Shown: piece by piece, positions 18,603 through 27,685 of the stretch
How positions within the stretch are numbered: the first letter of the stretch is position 1
Layout of the letters: every line of letters starts with the position of its first letter
Origin: Rikenellaceae bacterium DTU001
GTDB lineage: Bacteria > Bacteroidota > Bacteroidia > Bacteroidales > DTU049
NCBI GenBank assembly: GCA_001512885.1
Contig: LFSZ01000043.1
Coordinates: forward strand, 2,314-66,313
Direction of reading: 5' to 3'
DNA length: 64,000 nucleotides
Notes under the pieces: model-generated
What the model was told of the DNA's origin: nothing
What the model saw: the letters and a program-made list of their open reading frames with translations, nothing else
Database searches by the model: none
Made by a program: the position numbers and the translations under genes

Positions 18603-19385
18603 TTATTTAAAAAAAGTTTTTAATAAAACATTGCTACCATCAAATTGTGCGTAGTTAGGTTCTAGTAGCCAAGTACCTAAATTTATATATCTAATATCAT
18701 TTATTAGAAGATCCGTTTTTAAATGTCTATGACCGAAAATGGCAATATCGGGCTTAATACTTTCATCTAAAGAAGCTAAAAATTGAATGATAAATTCCTT
18801 TTCTATTCCTTTAAACTCTTCGATATGCTTTTCATAATCACCTCTGCTAGTCGATGATAATCTATGAGCAATTTTAAAAGCAAAATAAGGATGGAGCATA
18901 GAAAATAATTTCTGAGCAACATTATTCTTAAAAATTTTTTTCATTACCTTGTATCCATAATCTCTAGGCCCTAATCCATCTCCATGACCTAAAAGAATTC
19001 GTATATTATCTATATAAAATCCAGCAATATCACTATATATTTTAAATCCTATTTCATTTTCTAAATAACCATAAGTCCACATATCATGATTACCTACAAA
19101 AAAATGAATTTCTATGCCACTGTGGTTCATTTTAGCTAATTGCCCCAAAAGGCGAGTATATCCTTTAGGAACAACATACTTGTATTCATACCAAAAATCA
19201 AATAAATCACCCAAGATAAAAATTGCTTGTGCATCAGATGAGACTTGTTCTAACCATTGAACGAGCAAAATCTCTCTATTTTTGCTATCGCTCTCATTAG
19301 GCATCCCCAAATGAATATCAGATATAAAATATAATTTTTTTTCTTTAGCTAGTGAATAAGGAATATAAGAAATTTGTTTTTTCAT
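18603..19385 (-). CDS. lpxH: UDP-2,3-diacylglucosamine diphosphatase LpxH
   Basis: Calcineurin-like metallophosphatase motifs ISDIHLG, GDLFDFW, GNHD and GHGD. The size is right for LpxH. Confidence 0.8.
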   Translation of the reverse strand: MKKQISYIPYSLAKEKKLYFISDIHLGMPNESDSKNREILLVQWLEQVSSDAQAIFILGDLFDFWYEYKYVVPKGYTRLLGQLAKMNHSGIEIHFFVGNHDMWTYGYLENEIGFKIYSDIAGFYIDNIRILLGHGDGLGPRDYGYKVMKKIFKNNVAQKLFSMLHPYFAFKIAHRLSSTSRGDYEKHIEEFKGIEKEFIIQFLASLDESIKPDIAIFGHRHLKTDLLINDIRYINLGTWLLEPNYAQFDGSNVLLKTFFK

Positions 19386-20563
19386 TGAATAGTATTGATA
19401 GATGAAACATTTATGCTGTCAGCAGTAAAAGCTTTATCTCTTATAATACCATTAGCATCTATCAAATAATACATAGGCAATTGCTCTACAGCATACAATT
19501 TAGCAACAGGACTACGTGTGCTACTAAGATCATAACAAATAGTCCAATTTATTCCCTCTCCATCAATTGCACGTGCGATGGTCTCCATATCATAATCAAG
19601 AAAGATAGTAATTAATTTAATTTTATATTTTGAGAGTTTTGGTAAAAGTTTTTTTAGCTTAGACATATCTTTTACACTTGATAGAGAAGCACCAGCAAAA
19701 AAATGAAGTAATAAAGACTTGCCACGTTCTAATGACAAAACAAACTCAGAATCAGACTGCCATAAAGGCAGTGCAAAATCTGGAGCTGGCTTACCAATAG
19801 CTAATCTACTTAAAATACTATCACGCTCTGCTATTTTGGTTTTTATTTTATTGATCCTCATCTTTAGATTTATTACGTGTTCATTGTCAGAATAATTTTT
19901 TTCTAAATTACTTAATACCCATTGATAAATTTCTAAGTCGTGATATTCGTCGAATAGAGGTTGATTAATAAAAAATTGATAAATAATAAAAATATTTGCA
20001 AAATCTTCTGGATTTTTGTTTATCAGAGCTAGAGCAGAATCTCTCTGATTTTTAAATATTTCTAAAGCTTTTCTATCTAAGCTATCTTTTATATTTAAAT
20101 TATCATTATCATATTTATGATTTTCCCAGTAGATGGAGAGCATGTGCAATTTTTCGAGATTTTTACGTGTAAAAGATCTATATTTATGTATAATTTCACT
20201 AGAAGGAGAACCAAATACTGAATATGTAGCATCTAATTGATAATAATCACCACTGATGTAGATATCTTCTTTTGGATGAGCTGCTAATATTATAAAATTA
20301 GTATCATTGCTGTATGCTTTAATAAATTGTGGTTGAGCTATAGCAAGCTTGATTTTAAAGAAACCCTCCTCATTGAGAGTGCAGCTATCTAATAATTCTA
20401 TTTCTTTAGGATGTACAGTAGCGAAATACAACGGCTTGCCTCCACCACCGATGAGTCTACCAGAGATGCTTACATGACCTTGTGGTACATTCTTTTTGCA
20501 GCAAACTATAATTGATAAAATAAAAAATATTACTAAAATTAAGTATGCTTTAATTTTTTTCAT
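19382..20563 (-). CDS. TlpA-like thioredoxin-fold lipoprotein paralog lacking the CxxC active site
   Basis: Same architecture as the 25274-26377 gene. Its FFAGASLSS segment aligns to FWASWCGPC, so CGPC has become SLSS. Has an N-terminal signal/lipobox (IIVCC). Confidence 0.65.
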   Translation of the reverse strand: MKKIKAYLILVIFFILSIIVCCKKNVPQGHVSISGRLIGGGGKPLYFATVHPKEIELLDSCTLNEEGFFKIKLAIAQPQFIKAYSNDTNFIILAAHPKEDIYISGDYYQLDATYSVFGSPSSEIIHKYRSFTRKNLEKLHMLSIYWENHKYDNDNLNIKDSLDRKALEIFKNQRDSALALINKNPEDFANIFIIYQFFINQPLFDEYHDLEIYQWVLSNLEKNYSDNEHVINLKMRINKIKTKIAERDSILSRLAIGKPAPDFALPLWQSDSEFVLSLERGKSLLLHFFAGASLSSVKDMSKLKKLLPKLSKYKIKLITIFLDYDMETIARAIDGEGINWTICYDLSSTRSPVAKLYAVEQLPMYYLIDANGIIRDKAFTADSINVSSINTIQ

Positions 20564-20581
20564 TTTTTATCTAAAATATTT

Positions 20582-21055
20582 TTATAATTCAAACTGAAAA
20601 GGCAACAACACATCAATAGAAGGCAAAATAATACCACTATTAGTGGGACTGAGTAAAATCACTCTTAGAGGTTTTTTTTGAGCAGATTGTATCTCAGCCA
20701 TCACTTGCCTACAAGCTCCACAAGGGGTTACAATGTCTTTATAGGTATTATCTTCATTATTAGCATAGATGGCTATAGTTACTATTACTTCATTAGGATA
20801 CCGACTATGAGCATAGAAAAGTGTCACTCGTTCAGCACATAATCCTGACGGATAAGCTGCATTTTCTTGATTATTTCCCTGAATAATAATATCATTTGAT
20901 AATCTGACAGCTGCCCCTACATGAAATTTGCTATAAGGAGCATATGCACGAGTAGAAGCATCTATCGCATTTTTTACTAATTCTTTATCTTTTTTATCTA
21001 ACTCTTCTAAATTATCAAATATATAATATTCTAATCCTAAATATTCTTTTTTCAT
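20582..21055 (-). CDS. cdd: Cytidine deaminase
   Basis: Zinc motifs CAERVTLF and PCGACRQVM. 157 aa. Confidence 0.9.
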   Translation of the reverse strand: MKKEYLGLEYYIFDNLEELDKKDKELVKNAIDASTRAYAPYSKFHVGAAVRLSNDIIIQGNNQENAAYPSGLCAERVTLFYAHSRYPNEVIVTIAIYANNEDNTYKDIVTPCGACRQVMAEIQSAQKKPLRVILLSPTNSGIILPSIDVLLPFQFEL

Positions 21056-21141
21056 TTTAACTTTTAATTGATAAGTACAAAGATACGATAAAAAATTTTA
21101 TTACCTAAACACAATTAATACACACCCTATTTTATAAAAAA

Positions 21142-22104
21142 TCAAAAATTAAAATTTTCCAAAAATTTTTGTGCATCAATGGCAGCCATTGCTCCAGAAC
21201 CGGCAGCTATAACAGCTTGCTTATAAATAGGATCTCTCACATCACCACAAGCAAAGATTCCTTCTACACTCGTTTTAGTACTTCCAGGAATAGTTTTTAT
21301 ATATTTATCATTTGTTAATTCCAATTGTCCTTCAAATAATTCTGTATTAGGATGATGACCTATAGCAATGAAAACACCATCTACATTAATAGTTTTCAAT
21401 TCGTTGGTTTTTACATTTTTCAAAACTATAGCATTGACATTTTTAGTAAAACCTTTGGTTTCACCTTTTATTTCCTCCACCACACTATCCCAGATAACCT
21501 CAATATTTGGTGTATTAAAAATCTTTTTTTGATTACAAGTGCATGCTCTCAATTGATCACGTCTGTGTATAATATATACTTTAGAAGCTAGATTAGCCAG
21601 ATAAATAGCTTCTATAGCAGCTGTATCACCACCACCTACTACAGCTACTACTTTTCCTTTATAAAAATAACCATCACAAGTAGCACAAGTAGAAACTCCA
21701 TAACCTAGATATTCTTTTTCGGAAGGAAGGCCAAGAAGTCGTGGCGAAGATCCAGTAGCGATGATTACAGATAAGGCAGAAATAGCTATATCATTGTCAT
21801 CCCATAAAAGAAAAGGATATTGCAAAAAATCAACTTTTTCTATTGATGAAAAACGCAAATCTGCACCAAATTTAATAGCCTGTTTTTTTATTTTTTCCAT
21901 AAGTTCCATACCTTGTATCCCATCAGGAAAACCAGGATAATTTTCTATTAATGTAGCATTTATTAACTGACCCCCACTGATTAATCCTTCATATAATAAT
22001 GGATGTAAATCTGCTCTAGCAGCATAAATACCTGATGTGAGCCCGGCAGGACCTGAGCCAATAATAACTAAGTTTCTTTTTTCTTCTCCTGTTATATTTG
22101 ACAT
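21142..22104 (-). CDS. trxB: Thioredoxin-disulfide reductase
   Basis: FAD motif IIGSGPAG, redox-active CATCDG, NADPH motif VVGGGDTA and C-terminal GDVRD. Confidence 0.9.
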   Translation of the reverse strand: MSNITGEEKRNLVIIGSGPAGLTSGIYAARADLHPLLYEGLISGGQLINATLIENYPGFPDGIQGMELMEKIKKQAIKFGADLRFSSIEKVDFLQYPFLLWDDNDIAISALSVIIATGSSPRLLGLPSEKEYLGYGVSTCATCDGYFYKGKVVAVVGGGDTAAIEAIYLANLASKVYIIHRRDQLRACTCNQKKIFNTPNIEVIWDSVVEEIKGETKGFTKNVNAIVLKNVKTNELKTINVDGVFIAIGHHPNTELFEGQLELTNDKYIKTIPGSTKTSVEGIFACGDVRDPIYKQAVIAAGSGAMAAIDAQKFLENFNF

Positions 22105-22275
22105 TTATAATATTTTTTTGTAAAATTACTAAAAGAAAATAAGTTTAAAAAACAACGAGAAAGATTAAAATAGGTATCACTTGCTCGTTATTAGTAGACT
22201 ATTCAATTTTTTATATAAATGATTGAAAATATATAAATCTGTTATTGGCAAAAATATCATTATCTCAAATTTTTA

Positions 22276-22283
22276 TATATTTG
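22276..22283 (+). promoter_or_regulatory. Bacteroidota-type -7 box (TATATTTG) upstream of ftsX-like gene
   Basis: Matches TAnnTTTG, with 18 nt between the box and the ATG at 22302. Confidence 0.4.
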
Positions 22284-22301
22284 CACAATAAATAATATAT
22301 T

Positions 22302-23156
22302 ATGAGATTTAGAGGCATTCATGCCATATTAATATTAGCTCTAAGCCTTGTATTGTTACTATTAGGAATAGCAGGTATTATCTATTTGCATGGTACAGCA
22401 CTAGAGAATAAATTAAAAGAAAATTTCACTATACAAATAATGCTAAAACCTACTGCTAGTGAGGTAGAGATCTCATTACTAAAACACAATTTAGAAGCTA
22501 CAGGCAAATTTTCTGCTATTAATTACATCCCATCAATGAAAATGCTCGAAGAACTTCAAGCTGAGTTAGGTGATATATCTGCAGATAAATTAGAATTAGA
22601 AAATATTCCTTTGCCATCTCTCTTAGAGGCTACTATATCCGCTGATTATTTAAATGATGAAGTAATAAAAAATCTAGTAACTCAGATAAAACAAAAAGAT
22701 ATTGTAGACGAAGTGTATTATCCTACTAATGTGCTAACTGAAATAGAAAAAAATAAAAATACCCTCAGTACCATAACACTTGTAGTAGCTATTATTATTT
22801 TAGCAATCGCAGTTACATTGCTAAGCTTGACTATACGCTTGACAATATATAGCCAAAGATTTACCATCAGAACAATGCTACTTGTAGGAGCTAAGAAAGG
22901 ATTTATTCAAAAACCTTTCTTAAAAGATGCCCTATTCTGGGGTGTATTAGCATCTATATTAGCTATTCTAGGATTAGAAGTAATAATAAATCAACTCTAT
23001 AAACTTATTCCTGAACTTAATGGAGTTGTTACTCAACAACATTTTATATTTCTTTTTATATTTATATTTATAATAGGTGTAGTGATAACTGAATTATCAA
23101 CTCTCTTTTCTGTAAATAAATATATAAAAATGAAAACAGATTCATTGTTTTATTAA
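22302..23156 (+). CDS. ftsX: FtsX-like cell-division permease
   Basis: 284 aa. One N-terminal TM helix, an extracytoplasmic domain, then three C-terminal TM helices with an FtsX-domain pattern (MLLVGAKKGFIQKPFL). Confidence 0.7.
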   Translation: MRFRGIHAILILALSLVLLLLGIAGIIYLHGTALENKLKENFTIQIMLKPTASEVEISLLKHNLEATGKFSAINYIPSMKMLEELQAELGDISADKLELENIPLPSLLEATISADYLNDEVIKNLVTQIKQKDIVDEVYYPTNVLTEIEKNKNTLSTITLVVAIIILAIAVTLLSLTIRLTIYSQRFTIRTMLLVGAKKGFIQKPFLKDALFWGVLASILAILGLEVIINQLYKLIPELNGVVTQQHFIFLFIFIFIIGVVITELSTLFSVNKYIKMKTDSLFY

Positions 23157-23201
23157 TTAAAATTTTTATTTTTTCTAATTCTTGTTTAACTTTGCAAAAA
23201 A

Positions 23202-24419
23202 ATGAAAATTTTAGTTCTTAATTGTGGTAGTTCTAGCATTAAATATCAATTGTTTGATATGCTAGCAGATGAAACTGTACTAGCTAAAGGGTTACTAGAA
23301 AGGATAGGTTTGCCAATGGGCATTGTAAATCATACTCCTATAGGAAAAGAAAAAATAATATATGAGCAGCCTATACCAAATCATACAGCAGGTATAGAAA
23401 TAATTATAAAAATATTGATAGATAAAGAACTAGGTGTTATAAAATCTCTTAATGAGATAGCTGCTGCAGGTCATAGGGTAGCTCATGGAGGCGAACATTT
23501 TAAAAATAGCGTACTCATAAATAATGAAACAAAATCAGAAATAAGTAAATGCATACAATTAGCTCCTTTACACAATCCAGCAAATCTTAAAGGTATTTTA
23601 GCTGTCGAACAATTAATTCCAGGATTACCCCAAGTAGCAGTTTTTGATACATCTTTTCATCAATCTATTCCAGATTATGCTTATATTTATGGAATACCCT
23701 ATGAATATTATGAAAAGATGGAAATTCGTCGTTATGGCTTCCATGGTACTAGTCATAAATATGTATCTGATAAATCAGCTAAATTGATTGGTAAAAATAT
23801 TGATGATTTAAAGATAATCTCATGCCATTTAGGTAATGGTGCTTCTATAACTGCTATAGAAAATGGTAAATCAATTGATAATAGTATGGGGTTTACACCT
23901 GTAGAAGGCTTGATAATGGGAACTCGTTGCGGAGACTTGGATGTAGGAGCCTTACTTTATATTATGGAAAAAGAAAATATAGATACTAAACAAGCTAATG
24001 ATTTGATAAATAAAAAAAGTGGGGTTTTTGGTATCTCTGGTCTTAGTCCCGATATGCGTGATATAGAATCTGCAGCTAAAAATGGTAATAAACGAGCTCA
24101 ATTAGCTTTGGATGTATATGCATATCGCGTAAAAAAATATATTGGTGCTTATGCAGCAGCTATGAATGGGCTAGATTTGCTCATCTTCACTGGTGGCATA
24201 GGTGAAAATAGTAGCTTTATGAGAGAAAAAATAGCTTCTGATTTGGAATTTCTTGGTATTAAATTAGATTCTAATTTGAATAATTCTGCAAAAGGTAAAG
24301 ATGCTCTGATATCTACTACAGACTCTAATGCTTATATTGTAGTAGCAACTACAAATGAAGAACTTGTCATTGCACGTGATACTATGTGTATAGTGAATGA
24401 TAATCTTTCAAAAAATTAA
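23202..24419 (+). CDS. ackA: Acetate kinase
   Basis: MKILVLNCGSSSIKYQLF, HRVAHGG, FDTSFHQ, YGFHGTSH and the GGIGEN blocks. Confidence 0.95.
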   Translation: MKILVLNCGSSSIKYQLFDMLADETVLAKGLLERIGLPMGIVNHTPIGKEKIIYEQPIPNHTAGIEIIIKILIDKELGVIKSLNEIAAAGHRVAHGGEHFKNSVLINNETKSEISKCIQLAPLHNPANLKGILAVEQLIPGLPQVAVFDTSFHQSIPDYAYIYGIPYEYYEKMEIRRYGFHGTSHKYVSDKSAKLIGKNIDDLKIISCHLGNGASITAIENGKSIDNSMGFTPVEGLIMGTRCGDLDVGALLYIMEKENIDTKQANDLINKKSGVFGISGLSPDMRDIESAAKNGNKRAQLALDVYAYRVKKYIGAYAAAMNGLDLLIFTGGIGENSSFMREKIASDLEFLGIKLDSNLNNSAKGKDALISTTDSNAYIVVATTNEELVIARDTMCIVNDNLSKN

Positions 24420-24471
24420 ATAAATAATAAAATTCATTAATCGCTATTTGTAGCTTTAGATTTTTTATAAA

Positions 24472-25224
24472 ATGAGATATTTACTTGAATTATCATTTGT
24501 AGGTACTAATTACTTTGGTTGGCAAAAGCAAAAAAATCTACCTACTATTCAAGGTGAATTAGATAAAGCACTTACAATATTTTTTCGTCAAGATCTTACT
24601 ACTATTGGTTGTGGCAGAACTGATACAGGCGTACATGCTATAAATTTTTTTGCTCATTTTGACATAAATATTAATATAGAAAATCCTAATAGGATATTAT
24701 ATAATCTAAATGCTATTTTACCAACTGAGATTGCTATTAAAAATATAAATAGTGTGCAAGATGATTTTCATGCTAGATATTCGGCTATTAGTCGTACATA
24801 TCATTATTTGATTATTAAAAATAAAAATCCTTTTTTTATTAATAGAGCCTGGCAAATGTCTAAACCTTTGAATATAGATAATATAAAAAAATTATTACCA
24901 TCTCTAATCGGTATCAAAGATTTCAGTGCTTTTGCTAAAAAAATGCCTATATCAAATTATAATTGCAATATCCACGAAATAATTGTGAAAGAACATAAAG
25001 ATTTTATAATTTTTTCAATTACAGCTAATAGATTTCTTAGACAGATGGTAAGAAGCATTGTCGGGGTATTGACCTCAATAGGTTTAGGTGATATAGATGA
25101 AAAAACATTTAATGATTTACTGATTAAAAAAGATAAAAACAAGATTAAATTAATTGCTCCACCACAAGGTTTATATTTGACACATGTCTGTTATCCTGAA
25201 AATCTTACTCACATAGTTAAGTAA
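24472..25224 (+). CDS. truA: tRNA pseudouridine(38-40) synthase TruA
   Basis: YFGWQKQ and GCGRTDTGVHA (catalytic Asp). 250 aa. Confidence 0.9.
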   Translation: MRYLLELSFVGTNYFGWQKQKNLPTIQGELDKALTIFFRQDLTTIGCGRTDTGVHAINFFAHFDININIENPNRILYNLNAILPTEIAIKNINSVQDDFHARYSAISRTYHYLIIKNKNPFFINRAWQMSKPLNIDNIKKLLPSLIGIKDFSAFAKKMPISNYNCNIHEIIVKEHKDFIIFSITANRFLRQMVRSIVGVLTSIGLGDIDEKTFNDLLIKKDKNKIKLIAPPQGLYLTHVCYPENLTHIVK

Positions 25225-25273
25225 TAAAAAAATGAATGGTTTGAAATTCTTTATATAATTTTGAAATAAAAAA

Positions 25274-26377
25274 ATGGGGAAAAATATAAAACTTCTTATT
25301 ATACTATTGACAGCGCTGCCGTCAATAGTATTAAGTCAACAAAAAATAGAAATATTTGGTAAATTTATTTCTCCAACTCAATATTCTGAAATCACCTTAT
25401 CAAATTATCTAAATCCTGCAGCACTCACCATAAAAGTGCCTATTATCAACTCAGATTCGTTTTATATATCATTAGAGCAGACATCTGCAGAAGAGATTTA
25501 TAAATTGTATTTCGACATTAGAACAAATTTTTTGGCCTTAGTTTTAAAACCTGGCGAGAAAGTACATTTATTACTAAACCCATATCAATTAGGAAATAAA
25601 CCAATAATAAAAGGTTCTCCTTCGAGTATTATGGTTTACGAAGTAGAATGGATACTTGCTAATCTGCCAAAACAATTAGATAGCTTACAAAGGCTTTATA
25701 TTCAAACAAAATCAATAGATACAAAAGCAATAATAGAACAGGAATTTATCAATTTGCATAATGTCAAAAATACTTACATAAATAATATAGTTAGAAGCAA
25801 TCCAAGTAGTTTAGCAAATTTATTTTTTATTGAACGATTAAATATAGATGATGGCTATGCTGAAACATATAAAATTGTAGACAGTGCTTTGCTACATAAT
25901 TATCCCCATCACCCTGGTGTTTTAAATTTTCATAATAAAACCCAAGCATTACTTAGGACAAGTATAGGCTCTAAAGCACCAAATATTAAATTACCATCTC
26001 CCAATGGAGATACATTAGAATTATATTCTATAAAAGGGAAATTAATTTTAGTAGACTTTTGGGCTAGCTGGTGTGGCCCATGTAGAAAAGAAAATCCTTT
26101 AGTAGTAAAGGCATATCAAACTTTTCATCCTAAAGGGTTTGAAGTTTTTGCCATTTCCTTAGATAAAGATAAACAATCGTGGATCAATGCCATTAATACA
26201 GACAAACTCACATGGCATCACGTAAGTGATCTAAAATATTGGAATTCAGAAGCAGCAAAACTTTATGGAGTAAGTGTGGTGCCTTACAATTTTTTATTAG
26301 ACGAAAATTATAACATCATTGCAAAAAATCTTAGAGGCCAACAGCTTTATAATTTTTTAAATCATTATTTTAAATAA
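25274..26377 (+). CDS. TlpA-family thiol:disulfide oxidoreductase (N-terminal DUF4369-like domain + thioredoxin fold)
   Basis: Signal peptide, then an intact VDFWASWCGPCRKENP active site. Confidence 0.8.
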   Translation: MGKNIKLLIILLTALPSIVLSQQKIEIFGKFISPTQYSEITLSNYLNPAALTIKVPIINSDSFYISLEQTSAEEIYKLYFDIRTNFLALVLKPGEKVHLLLNPYQLGNKPIIKGSPSSIMVYEVEWILANLPKQLDSLQRLYIQTKSIDTKAIIEQEFINLHNVKNTYINNIVRSNPSSLANLFFIERLNIDDGYAETYKIVDSALLHNYPHHPGVLNFHNKTQALLRTSIGSKAPNIKLPSPNGDTLELYSIKGKLILVDFWASWCGPCRKENPLVVKAYQTFHPKGFEVFAISLDKDKQSWINAINTDKLTWHHVSDLKYWNSEAAKLYGVSVVPYNFLLDENYNIIAKNLRGQQLYNFLNHYFK

Positions 26378-26494
26378 AATTTTTTGATTTAGGCTTTTTT
26401 TTTAAAAACAATTATATATAAAAATCAATAACAAATAAATTCTAAAATACAAATCATAAATCTTTTTTTCTTCAGTTTTACTTGTATTTTTTGT

Positions 26495-26528
26495 ATAATT
26501 AATTTCAGAAAATACTGAAATTAATTAT
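26495..26528. terminator. Perfect 14-bp stem / 6-nt loop hairpin between convergent genes (candidate bidirectional terminator)
   Basis: ATAATTAATTTCAG-AAAATA-CTGAAATTAATTAT read directly from the sequence. It overlaps the stop codon of the minus-strand gene ending at 26525. The stem is almost entirely A/T, so its stability is modest. Confidence 0.45.
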
Positions 26529-27685
26529 TTTTTAGATTTTTTAATAGCATTCCAAAATATATGAGGAATTTTATTTTGTAATGCAGCTAAATAATCTTCA
26601 TACAAGCAGGGGATGAGAGTATGCCGTTGAATTTGCGAAGTGTTGTAAATAGGTAGTTCTATCCACCAACGATCTGAACGAGGACTTCTATAAAATATCA
26701 ATTCCTTTACAGCCGAATCCATAATAACAGTATATTTTATCATTTGAGTTTTAGCAGTAAAAGGATAATCTTTTACCCTAAGCGAAACGCCTTCTACGAT
26801 ATACCATATAGTTTGCGCTAAAAGTTGAATGGTCTGATCTTGCAAATCTTTATCAGGATAATAATTATAAAAAGTAAAAACAGATGATTTGTCAGACATA
26901 CCAGCATAAAAAGCTAATTGGCAAAGTTCTTCTGCATATAATCCATTTGGTAGAGTGAGCATAGTGGCTGGGGCTTCAGCTTTTTTCATAGCATTCAAAT
27001 CGAAGCATACGATATCCGAATTTCTAATATATGGTTCTGTAGCTTTAATATTTTCGCGTATGTCACCGAGCCTGAGTGTATCATAAAAATTATTTTCTAC
27101 CCATTCTAGTGCTTCATTATCAGTCAGATAACTCTGATAGCCTATGAAAGTAGCATTATTTAGTAGATTGTTATCTTTAAATATTTCATTATGCCACGGC
27201 AAAAGATCTTTAGATTGTTCCCACAGATTGTCTGCATTCACATCTATAAAAGGCAAAATAAAAGCCAAATTATAAAATCTTTTTATTAACTCATAAGCTT
27301 TATGAATGGCTAATACTACAGATCTATCATCACTCAATATTATAGGCAAAGCACCTTTTAATAATAAATCAGATAATACATAAGCCAAACCATTAATATT
27401 TTCGAAAGCATCTGTATTGTTTATAAATGTTCCTAGATCTATTATTTGAACATTGTCTATTTTTCTATACGAATAAAGGTAAGATCTAAGCTTATATAAG
27501 CTATTAATAAAGTTTTTTTTCCCAGTATTTATTGAGAAATTAATAATTGCTAAAGAATTAATATCAGACATAGACTTATCATCTAGTTTATCTATAGTGA
27601 TAACATTAGAATATAAATGTGATTTATGATTATTAAAACTAAAATCATAAAAGCAAGGTTCGAAAAGATATTGAAGCTCTTTCAT
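26525..27685 (-). CDS. Arginase/formiminoglutamase-fold protein with substituted metal ligands
   Basis: Blocks align to the ureohydrolase motifs. ILSDDRS aligns with GGDHS, FIDVNAD with DAHxD, CFDLNAMKKAEAPA with DxDxxDPxxAP, and LPNGLY with PGGL. His and Asp ligands are replaced by Arg and Asn. The gene sits next to topA, overlapping it by 4 nt. Confidence 0.5.
   Translation of the reverse strand: MKELQYLFEPCFYDFSFNNHKSHLYSNVITIDKLDDKSMSDINSLAIINFSINTGKKNFINSLYKLRSYLYSYRKIDNVQIIDLGTFINNTDAFENINGLAYVLSDLLLKGALPIILSDDRSVVLAIHKAYELIKRFYNLAFILPFIDVNADNLWEQSKDLLPWHNEIFKDNNLLNNATFIGYQSYLTDNEALEWVENNFYDTLRLGDIRENIKATEPYIRNSDIVCFDLNAMKKAEAPATMLTLPNGLYAEELCQLAFYAGMSDKSSVFTFYNYYPDKDLQDQTIQLLAQTIWYIVEGVSLRVKDYPFTAKTQMIKYTVIMDSAVKELIFYRSPRSDRWWIELPIYNTSQIQRHTLIPCLYEDYLAALQNKIPHIFWNAIKKSKK

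Noticed and set aside
23187-23194. A TAACTTTG box upstream of ackA, considered as a promoter.
   Set aside because: Only 7 nt separate it from the ATG. That would imply an essentially leaderless transcript, so the spacing does not fit the pattern at the other genes. It was left unannotated.
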